From: Candidatus Thorarchaeota archaeon
Lineage (GTDB): Archaea > Asgardarchaeota > Thorarchaeia > Thorarchaeales > Thorarchaeaceae
NCBI GenBank assembly: GCA_016933575.1
Contig: JAFGAR010000151.1
Location: 32,001 to 96,000, forward strand
DNA: 64,000 nucleotides
Reading direction: 5' to 3'
The notes beneath the pieces are model-generated. The model was given only the letters and a program-made list of their open reading frames with translations. It did not search any database and was not told the DNA's origin. Shown here in pieces: positions 22,036 through 29,457 of this stretch. Both the position numbers and the translations under genes were made by a program. The stretch's first letter is position 1. The number at the start of each line of letters is the position of its first letter.

Positions 22036-22220
22036 ACCTCTGTTTAGACCTTGGCATTAACTCAAATAAAGATTTGCTCAACCCTCTCGCCCCCTCTTTT
22101 TTCTTGGAAACCAAATTTGAGGGTGCTGTACGCAGCCTTCTCTAGCCTTTAAAATGTGCCCTGTGGATATTCTCTCCATATCATGCCTTGGTATTTCCTA
22201 TGTATTACGTATGTATTGGG
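22036..22220. repeat. Copy A of a duplicated 185-bp intergenic element
   Basis: Aligns without gaps to 23114..23298 (offset 1078); hand count 96/140 identical over 22081-22220. Confidence 0.85.
22051..22152 (+). CDS. Candidate 33-aa micropeptide MALTQIKICSTLSPPLFSWKPNLRVLYAAFSSL
   Basis: TTG start and TAA stop at the same aligned positions as 23129..23230; synonymous substitutions between the copies. Confidence 0.4.
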   Translation: MALTQIKICSTLSPPLFSWKPNLRVLYAAFSSL

Positions 22221-22228
22221 CTTCATTT

Positions 22229-23110
22229 CTACATATCAAGACCTTCCGGATTTTTCCAGACATCCTTGTTGAGGTAGGCTACGAAAAGAGGCTTTGAGAG
22301 TCCAGGTCTTGTTATCCACATCAGGAATGGTCGATTAATCACATATGGTTCTCCTCTTCTTGGTGGTGCTTTCAAGATTCCCATTGCAACTGCACTCTTC
22401 ACTCTGAATCCTTCGTGATTCATTTTGAGTTTTGTCTGTTGAAGAGCCTCAGCCACAACCATACCTCCAACATTGAGGCCAATGAGCCACTTAAGAACTC
22501 CTTCTTCATTAAGGTCAATCATCGGAAAGACAACGCCTTCATATTCTGGTTCGATTTTTCTCATTTCCCTCGAAATATCTTCTACATGCTTCACAAGCGA
22601 TAGACCGGCAGGAGCATGATCCGCCATCAAGAGAAACACCTTGTCGCTTGCTTTGGTTTCAATCTCGATGATGATGTTTTGATTTCCCTCTACCCTATAG
22701 AATCCAAGCCCGTAATTGGTCATCTTGATCCCTGGATAATAGTTACCATCCTCTGTGGACACAGACCATTTCTCACCATTTTTTGCCCATTTGCCTAGAA
22801 GATCAAGCATACTCGCAATACCAAAACCTCCCTCACTAATTGAACTCAGCTGAATAGAGAAACCTCGTTCTTTCAACCAATTATTGATCTTCTTGATATT
22901 GGTATCGGCGATACTCTCAATCTCGTGAATCTTTGGGATATCACTCTTGCATGAATTATAGAACTCCTTGATGAAAATCTTCTGAGTGTCATTTGTTGGT
23001 ACCAATCCATCTGTATTTCTCAGAAACTCCTCTGCCTTGAGTAATGCTGAGACCATAGGGTATGTCACTTGACATCTTGTTCTGTCAGGTCTTTCGTCTG
23101 AATCTGTCAT
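22229..23110 (-). CDS. Short serpin-family protein 2
   Basis: Collinear paralog of 20796..21698; YVINRPFLMWI...PLFVAYL; GAGGT SD. Confidence 0.78.
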   Translation of the reverse strand: MTDSDERPDRTRCQVTYPMVSALLKAEEFLRNTDGLVPTNDTQKIFIKEFYNSCKSDIPKIHEIESIADTNIKKINNWLKERGFSIQLSSISEGGFGIASMLDLLGKWAKNGEKWSVSTEDGNYYPGIKMTNYGLGFYRVEGNQNIIIEIETKASDKVFLLMADHAPAGLSLVKHVEDISREMRKIEPEYEGVVFPMIDLNEEGVLKWLIGLNVGGMVVAEALQQTKLKMNHEGFRVKSAVAMGILKAPPRRGEPYVINRPFLMWITRPGLSKPLFVAYLNKDVWKNPEGLDM

Positions 23111-23113
23111 ATT

Positions 23114-23298
23114 ACCTCTTTGTCAGACATGGCGCCTTATTTTGTTGTTGGAGAATTGACCCCCTCTCCCCTTTCCTTCGTTTGGAACTGGAATCTGAAG
23201 GTACTATGGATGGCGTTCTCCAGCCATTAGACCTTACTCTGTATGTATACTGTCCACATCATCTACTGGTATTTCCTATGTAATACCTAAGTATTGGG
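23114..23298. repeat. Copy B of the duplicated 185-bp intergenic element
   Basis: Ungapped match to 22036..22220; last 32 bp have only 3 mismatches. Confidence 0.85.
23129..23230 (+). CDS. Candidate 33-aa micropeptide MAPYFVVGELTPSPLSFVWNWNLKVLWMAFSSH
   Basis: ATG..TAG; 13 of the last 23 residues identical to the 22051 peptide. Confidence 0.4.
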   Translation: MAPYFVVGELTPSPLSFVWNWNLKVLWMAFSSH

Positions 23299-23383
23299 GA
23301 CATAACGCTTAGCTTTATCTCATTTCCATACGTAGTAAAGGTTAGTTGTACCACATAATACGAATATATACGGGGAAAGCGAA

Positions 23384-23524
23384 ATGACCGAATCAACAAG
23401 ACCGACATCAACCCTCCAAAAGAACGCTGAAGTCTTACACACTCTCTACGGTCTTCTCGACAGCGACCGTGAACCAACAGATCAGGACGCTATGAGTCTT
23501 CGATATCTGTATGCGAGTTCCTGA
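23384..23524 (+). CDS. Candidate 46-aa protein MTESTRPTSTLQKNAEVLHTLYGLLDSDREPTDQDAMSLRYLYASS
   Basis: Hand-translated ATG..TGA in an otherwise empty gap; AT-rich and purine-rich upstream; followed by hairpins. Confidence 0.55.
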   Translation: MTESTRPTSTLQKNAEVLHTLYGLLDSDREPTDQDAMSLRYLYASS

Positions 23525-23536
23525 CACTATTATGCT

Positions 23537-23629
23537 CCTCATTATCCAATGAGGTCAATTCGCTGTCTCCGTGCACCTCCCGGCATCAGAGACACAGTGG
23601 GGGCAGGCTCCCCTAGGCTTGTCCCCCAC
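23537..23629 (+). other. Three consecutive stem-loops (structured UTR or small RNA)
   Basis: CCTCATT/AATGAGG; TGTCTC/GAGACA with inner GTGC/GCAT; GTGGGGGCAGGC/GCTTGTCCCCCAC. Confidence 0.55.
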
Positions 23630-23655
23630 ACCATTTCATCACAGAGTTGAAAGAT

Positions 23656-23769
23656 ATGTCAGTACGAAGAACCAAACTCCACAGATCTGCAGGGACAAGA
23701 ACCCTTCTCAGAAAGCACAAGATGCGTTTAGCCAAACTCAAATCTGAAACGCATGTCACTTCTGCTTAG
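23656..23769 (+). CDS. Candidate 37-aa basic peptide MSVRRTKLHRSAGTRTLLRKHKMRLAKLKSETHVTSA
   Basis: Hand-translated ATG..TAG; strongly R/K/H-rich. Confidence 0.35.
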   Translation: MSVRRTKLHRSAGTRTLLRKHKMRLAKLKSETHVTSA

Positions 23770-23887
23770 TTCAATTCTAAATCTAGATGCTTTGTCTTGA
23801 AGTCAAAAGATTGTATCAATAGAACACGTGTTCCAAATTATACTTCCAGTTATTATTTGATAAAGAATATGGCAATTACTCTAACTC

Positions 23888-24280
23888 TCATGTAGTCTTG
23901 AACAAAAAAATCAAGAGTGCTATCTCAATTGGAATGATAGGTATGAAATAGACTGTGATCCATGAGGATCCTCCAAGTGACCAATATATACTAACAATTA
24001 TTGAGAGAACAAGTCCAAAAATAGCAGCGACATAAGACATGAGTATTGCTTTACCTCTCTTCCTATACATCAACCAGAAGAGCACTAGTTGTATAATACC
24101 GATCCCATAGAGACCTGCCATAGCTGAAGCATATAATATCTCTCCCATGGTGAACAATGTTCGTGCAGTCCAGAGGAGGAGTGTTTGAAGTGGAAATAGA
24201 ATGTACAGACTTGAGATAAGTTGAATCCATAGTTCGAGACCAATCTGAGGTCCTATTGGCTCGGGTTCATCGATGACCAT
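23888..24280 (-). CDS. Hypothetical 4-TM membrane protein
   Basis: 130 aa, mostly hydrophobic. Confidence 0.65.
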   Translation of the reverse strand: MVIDEPEPIGPQIGLELWIQLISSLYILFPLQTLLLWTARTLFTMGEILYASAMAGLYGIGIIQLVLFWLMYRKRGKAILMSYVAAIFGLVLSIIVSIYWSLGGSSWITVYFIPIIPIEIALLIFLFKTT

Positions 24281-24307
24281 ATCACAACAATCCTAGAACT
24301 AGAAATC

Positions 24308-24577
24308 TTACGCTTCTTTATGATTCTCAGTTGCCTTTTCTATATCTGATGGTTCTTCGGAATAATCCGTGTATCTTGCATATTCATATTCTAACCTTGG
24401 ATGTATCCCCATAGCCATCATATAGGGGTGCTGTTTCTCTCTCCGTTCCAATATTCTTGAGTGAGCATCACCTATCTTCCCATTTCGATCCTTATCGAAT
24501 CTATCTGCCAATACGATTACTAGAACTATAAACAGCATGACTGTGAAGAATGGTACTATATTTGACAAGAAAAACAT
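24308..24577 (-). CDS. Small single-TM protein
   Basis: N-terminal TM, charged tail, AAGGA upstream. Confidence 0.6.
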   Translation of the reverse strand: MFFLSNIVPFFTVMLFIVLVIVLADRFDKDRNGKIGDAHSRILERREKQHPYMMAMGIHPRLEYEYARYTDYSEEPSDIEKATENHKEA

Positions 24578-24686
24578 ATCCTTTGTTATCTTTGTCAGTT
24601 CTTATATCATATTGAATGAATATAAACAAGAGTGACTAGGTATTCTCTCTTTTCATATTGATATTCCATTAGAGCTTACTTTGAAT

Positions 24687-25523
24687 TCAATACTCCCTAT
24701 CTACTTCTGTTTTGCCACTTGCGGGACTGCTTGTACCCATAGATGGCATCACATATACGAGCACAACAAGTACTATCAATGAGCACCAGATTGCAGCATG
24801 GCTAACACTCTGAAAACCTTGTAATGCCAAGTTTCCATAATGCGAGAACTGTGATATTACAGAACTTGGGGACTGAAATGATAAGATAAGTGAATAGAGC
24901 CCAAGAACTAGTAAGATAACATCAAGCACAAAGAAAAGAAGCCATCCAAACTTTTGCCGCAAAATGATCAAAACAGTTGAGAGAAACAGGATTACACTGA
25001 TAATCCAGATTGTGTTCATTAATCCTATACTAACAAGTGCTAGGCTAGTCACTCTTGGCATGATTCCTATCCCATACAGTATCAATAGAAATGACCCCAC
25101 TATTAGGTGTAGTATGACCACAACTACACATGTATCATTTTGATCCACCTGTTGTCTATGCAAAAGTTTCGCAGTCACTGAATCTGAACTTAGCAAACCA
25201 AGATTAGCTGTATTCAAGACAACAATCAGATAATTTACTAAGATAAGTCCAATATGTGTGATTAACAATAAAGGTATGACAATTGAACTCAATAGGGACA
25301 TCGCTGTGATGCCCCATGGTTTTTCTTTCCTAGCTACCCATAAGGCGAACACCTGAAATAGACCAATTAATGCCAGAGGAATTGCATAAGACAGTTCATC
25401 TGGTTGAGTGTAAGTTCGAATTCCTCCAATGGGGCTGAATAAAATTAGAAGAAACAAGCCAGACAAGAGGTAGAGTAATTCAAAGACTTCGACCCTCTTG
25501 TTACCACTCTCTGCTTGAGTCAA
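24687..25523 (-). CDS. Hypothetical multi-pass membrane protein
   Basis: 278 aa, about 8 hydrophobic segments; GAGGGAG upstream. Confidence 0.65.
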   Translation of the reverse strand: MTQAESGNKRVEVFELLYLLSGLFLLILFSPIGGIRTYTQPDELSYAIPLALIGLFQVFALWVARKEKPWGITAMSLLSSIVIPLLLITHIGLILVNYLIVVLNTANLGLLSSDSVTAKLLHRQQVDQNDTCVVVVILHLIVGSFLLILYGIGIMPRVTSLALVSIGLMNTIWIISVILFLSTVLIILRQKFGWLLFFVLDVILLVLGLYSLILSFQSPSSVISQFSHYGNLALQGFQSVSHAAIWCSLIVLVVLVYVMPSMGTSSPASGKTEVDREY

Positions 25524-25660
25524 AACCAGTCTCCCTCAATCCTAACTTGGAAACAATCGAATCTCAAATGAAACTTCATCTCATCGCTTAATAAGCAATT
25601 CTAATGTTTTCAATTTCTAGTATCGAAAGAATGATATGATTATGGTGAGGCAACACATGT

Positions 25661-25933
25661 ATGGAGCTGAATGAGTCGAAGATAACTATCAAAGGAGTAG
25701 TTCTCTCCATAATGATTATTGCAATCCTCTTCACAATTGTGAGAGCACTGAATCCAGTGAATAGTGATCTTCTCCTCGATGATGTATATCTAACAGTTCT
25801 CTTTTCTCTCTTTGTTGCAGCGCTTGTCATATCCCTCTTTCTTCGAAGAGTTCAAGCGGATGTGGATATGGATGATGAATTGATCCCATTAGAGTATAAC
25901 TCTTCAATTCACTCTTGGCACAGATCAAGATGA
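25661..25933 (+). CDS. Small 2-TM protein
   Basis: Two hydrophobic helices; GGTGAGG upstream. Confidence 0.55.
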   Translation: MELNESKITIKGVVLSIMIIAILFTIVRALNPVNSDLLLDDVYLTVLFSLFVAALVISLFLRRVQADVDMDDELIPLEYNSSIHSWHRSR

Positions 25934-27060
25934 CCCCTGGTAAGTACAATGTTCTTCAAGACTTTCAGTACTCTGAGAGTGATCCACTTGCTTGGTCTCC
26001 ATTTTTGTTCGATGTTTTGATACATGGTCCCTGTGTATGTCTTCTCGACTGGCCACTCACCCGCGGGGAGTCTCTTGTTGAGAATTACTCTTAATGCATC
26101 ATCAATTCGAGCATCTGCACCATGGCCAAGTCTTGTGACAACCGAGATTCCTCTGAGAATATCATAGAAGAACTGAGGGAATGTTAGTAATAACCAATCT
26201 TTCTTAATAGGACTGAAGTCGTGATGGTCCGCTTGGTAAAGTCTGTGCATCAAAAGAAACTCTGCACCTTGTTCAAGTGCTTTCTTCATACTAGTAGTGA
26301 GTAGTCTCTTGGGAACTTCTGAGAATGCATCCAGTGGAGGTACTGTGCCCATGAAACACCCGTGATTGTCATTCTTGTGAGCCCCCCAGTATGGACACAA
26401 CCAGCCGCCATCTTTATTCTGAATCTCAACTAACCATTGCAATGCATTCTTCACAGCTGCGTGATCTTCATATCCCATCTGAATCAATGCAAGGCAAACA
26501 TTCCCTGTTAAGCATGAAAGCTGCATCTCTCTATTCTTAAGAGAACGCCAGTCCTCATAAGGCGGAATTGGGTCTTTCTTTTTCACACCTCTCTTACGTA
26601 CAAACTCGTATTCCTTTTGTTGACCTTCCATGGTTGAAAAACCACCCTCTGGCTGTTGGAAATTGAGTATTTTTTCAACTCCTCTTTCCACACTTTTGTT
26701 AGTGCGTTCTAGACCAAACATTGCTAGTAGCATAATCTGCCAGTAGGATGACTTGTACTTTGGTAAATATGGTTGATTTGGCAACTCCCAAGAACCATCA
26801 AGGTTCTGTCTATTCAGAATCTTTTGCGTGACTCGGTAGTTACAAAGATCTTCCTTAGTTTCGATGAGTTCCGAGTCGTTCTTTCTATATTCAAGGAGTT
26901 CTCTCATTGTAAAGAATCTAACAGGCGGATTGTCACTCTCCAAGAGCCAATCTATTGGAATTGAATCGATTACGGACATCCATTCACGAGTCACTTCAAA
27001 TCCACCGGTAATTGATATGCGGCATTGTATTATGAAAGCATCGTAGCTTCCTAGAAGCAT
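25909..27060 (-). CDS. Prenyltransferase/squalene-cyclase repeat (QW-motif) protein; probable start ATG 26979
   Basis: DWLLESDNPPVR N-terminus; QNLDGSW, QQPEGGF, QNKDGGW repeats; PSKWITLR. Confidence 0.8.
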   Translation of the reverse strand: MLLGSYDAFIIQCRISITGGFEVTREWMSVIDSIPIDWLLESDNPPVRFFTMRELLEYRKNDSELIETKEDLCNYRVTQKILNRQNLDGSWELPNQPYLPKYKSSYWQIMLLAMFGLERTNKSVERGVEKILNFQQPEGGFSTMEGQQKEYEFVRKRGVKKKDPIPPYEDWRSLKNREMQLSCLTGNVCLALIQMGYEDHAAVKNALQWLVEIQNKDGGWLCPYWGAHKNDNHGCFMGTVPPLDAFSEVPKRLLTTSMKKALEQGAEFLLMHRLYQADHHDFSPIKKDWLLLTFPQFFYDILRGISVVTRLGHGADARIDDALRVILNKRLPAGEWPVEKTYTGTMYQNIEQKWRPSKWITLRVLKVLKNIVLTRGHLDLCQE

Positions 27061-27278
27061 TCTATGAACAAGGATTTCATCGTTAGAGTTATATCCATAG
27101 ATTATGTTGATGCTTTAACCTACTTCCTAAAGGCGGGAACAGAACTCAGAGAAAGAAATGATAGAATAGTTATACCAACGGTTGCTTTTACAAGCTACTT
27201 TGGAGTAGAGGACACTTCTTTTCTGCAGAGCCATCCGCAATCAGTGAAGAGTAGGTTTCAAATAAAATATTCAGGAGT

Positions 27279-29333
27279 GTGAAAAAACTGAAGAATTATC
27301 CCACTAAAGATCCAGTGCTTGTAACATGCGGACTACCATACGCTAGTGGGCAGATGCACATTGGTCATCTTCGGACCTACATCCCCGCAGACGTTTTTGT
27401 AAGACTCCTGAAGAAAATGCGAGTGGACGTCACTTTCGTCTGTGGCTCGGACACTCATGGTACTCCCGTTTTGACAGCTGCAGAAGCTGCTGGCGTCAAT
27501 CCTAAAGAACTCTATACGAAATATAACCAACACTATCTCGATGTATTCCCACGATTGAATGTGGCCTTCGACAACTATGGCACCACAGACGATCCAGAGA
27601 ATATTGCCAGAACAATTCAGATAGTGAAAGAACTGCAGAAGAATGGCTACATCTATCCGAAAGAACTAGATTCTCCCTATTGCGATAATTGTGGTCGGTC
27701 TCTTCCGGATAGGTATGTTCGAGGCGAGTGCCCCCACTGTCATGCTGACGCTCGAGGCGATGAGTGCGACCAAGGCTGTGGTCGATACCTTGAGCCAGGT
27801 GAGATATTGAATCCCCGTTGTGCAATCTGTGGGTCTCCAACAAGAACCATAACACGAACGCATTACTACTTCAAACTCTCATCATTCGAGGGATTTCTAA
27901 AAGAGTATCTGCAAAACGTTGATGGTACTAAGATCGCTCGGAATTATGCCCTCGGTTGGGTGAATGAAGGACTCAAGGATTGGTGCATAACTCGGGACCT
28001 CGATTGGGGTATAAAATATCCCGGGGATGAAAGTCTAACACTCTATGTCTGGGTAGACGCTCCGATACACTATATGTCATCTACTGAAGAGTGGGCGAAA
28101 AAGATCAAGAAACCTGACGAGTGGAAGAAATTCTGGCTTCCCGGAAATGGTCGCCTTGTTCATTTCATTGGTCAGGATATTGTCTATCACCATTGTCTAT
28201 TCTGGCCTTCAATGTTGAAGGGTAGTAACTACAATCTACCATTTGCAATTGTTGCATCTGGCATGGTAAAAATCAGAAACCATAACTTTAGCCGCAGTAG
28301 AGGGTATGTCGTTTGGATTCTGGATGACTATCTCGATAAGGGTCTTGATCCTGATTATCTGCGATACTATATGGTATCCTTCACAGGGCAGACGAGAGAC
28401 CTCGATTTCAGCTTTACATCCTTTGCTGAGAAGACGAACACAGAGCTAGTCGGAACTCTTGGCAACTTTGTCTATCGTGCACTACACTTCACGAAGAAAC
28501 ACTTTGACTCCGTTCCAAAGGGAACACTTGATTCCTCACTAAAAGGCGAAGTGGAGAAAGCTATAGAGGTCATCACTGATGCTGTCAATGAATACGAGTT
28601 GAAGAAGTATACAGATGAGATTCTAAGGATTGCATCTGTTGGAAATGAGTATTTCCAGTCAAATCAACCATGGGCGTTAGTGAAGGAAGACAAGGCAAAG
28701 TGCGGCGAGGTTCTATTCAATGCTGTTGCACTTGTGAAAGCTTTGGCAATCTTTATCGAACCGGTAATGCCCGGGGTTGCTGAGACAATCTGGAAACAAC
28801 TAGGACAGAAAGGTCCCGACATTCACAAGGTATTTTTAGAAGAAGCTCTCGAGGCTCCAAAGGCAGGTACTAAGATTGTCAATCCAGAACCGGTGATTTC
28901 AAAGATCGATGATGACCTCCTTGAATCATTAAAGATCGTGATAGATAATCGTATCAAGGTCGCTGAGGCTGCACAAAAAGGTGAACCCGTTATGGAAGAA
29001 AAAGAAACGATATCCTTTGAAGATTTCAAGAAACTCGATCTACGAGCTGGAAAGATACTGAAGTGTGAAAAGGTACCTAAGAAAGACAAGTTACTAGAAC
29101 TTGAGGTGGACATCGGATCTGAGAAGCGAACCATCATCACAGGACTTGCTGACCAATACAAACCTGATGAGCTGCTCGGTATGACTGCACTCTTCCTCAC
29201 CAATCTTGAACCCAAGAAGATTGGTGGCATTGAGAGTCATGGTATGATCATTGCTATTGAGAAAGGCGATGAACCTGGTCGATGGCTTCCAGTGAGAGTT
29301 GATGGTGTCCCTCCTGGCAGCAAGGCTGCATAG
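27279..29333 (+). CDS. metG: Methionine--tRNA ligase with C-terminal tRNA-binding domain
   Basis: LPYASG..HIGH, GSDTHG, Cys-rich zinc knuckles, YVWVDAP, FSRSRG (KMSKS equivalent), C-terminal OB fold. Confidence 0.97.
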   Translation: MKKLKNYPTKDPVLVTCGLPYASGQMHIGHLRTYIPADVFVRLLKKMRVDVTFVCGSDTHGTPVLTAAEAAGVNPKELYTKYNQHYLDVFPRLNVAFDNYGTTDDPENIARTIQIVKELQKNGYIYPKELDSPYCDNCGRSLPDRYVRGECPHCHADARGDECDQGCGRYLEPGEILNPRCAICGSPTRTITRTHYYFKLSSFEGFLKEYLQNVDGTKIARNYALGWVNEGLKDWCITRDLDWGIKYPGDESLTLYVWVDAPIHYMSSTEEWAKKIKKPDEWKKFWLPGNGRLVHFIGQDIVYHHCLFWPSMLKGSNYNLPFAIVASGMVKIRNHNFSRSRGYVVWILDDYLDKGLDPDYLRYYMVSFTGQTRDLDFSFTSFAEKTNTELVGTLGNFVYRALHFTKKHFDSVPKGTLDSSLKGEVEKAIEVITDAVNEYELKKYTDEILRIASVGNEYFQSNQPWALVKEDKAKCGEVLFNAVALVKALAIFIEPVMPGVAETIWKQLGQKGPDIHKVFLEEALEAPKAGTKIVNPEPVISKIDDDLLESLKIVIDNRIKVAEAAQKGEPVMEEKETISFEDFKKLDLRAGKILKCEKVPKKDKLLELEVDIGSEKRTIITGLADQYKPDELLGMTALFLTNLEPKKIGGIESHGMIIAIEKGDEPGRWLPVRVDGVPPGSKAA

Positions 29334-29344
29334 TTGAAGAGTAG

Positions 29345-29376
29345 GGGCGGACCCCCCGCCCTGTTCCCTTATTTTA
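29345..29376 (+). terminator. Hairpin followed by a pyrimidine/T tract after metG
   Basis: GGGCGG-ACCC-CCGCCC then TGTTCCCTTATTTT. Confidence 0.55.
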
Positions 29377-29457
29377 GTCCTGATTGAGTTGTGAGGAGTA
29401 TTTGAAATAATATCTTATGAATGATAAAGAGATATATGCCTAGAATTTCGCAGTATC

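Noticed and set aside
22062-22184. Minus-strand ~40-codon ORF read through a conserved TAA in both element copies
   Set aside because: I know of no ochre recoding in archaea, and the apparent conservation is explained by third positions shared with the + strand frame
25909-27060. True squalene-hopene or oxidosqualene cyclase
   Set aside because: Only about 355 aa (single barrel) and no DxDD or DCTAE catalytic motif; belongs to the broader QW-repeat family
27064-27282. 72-aa ORF upstream of metG
   Set aside because: Lies in the divergent promoter region, has no recognisable motif or SD; cannot be supported
101-29333. Genome-wide reassignment of TAG to pyrrolysine
   Set aside because: korB, fumC, lig, queD and metG all end in TAG at their expected C-termini, so TAG is a normal stop here
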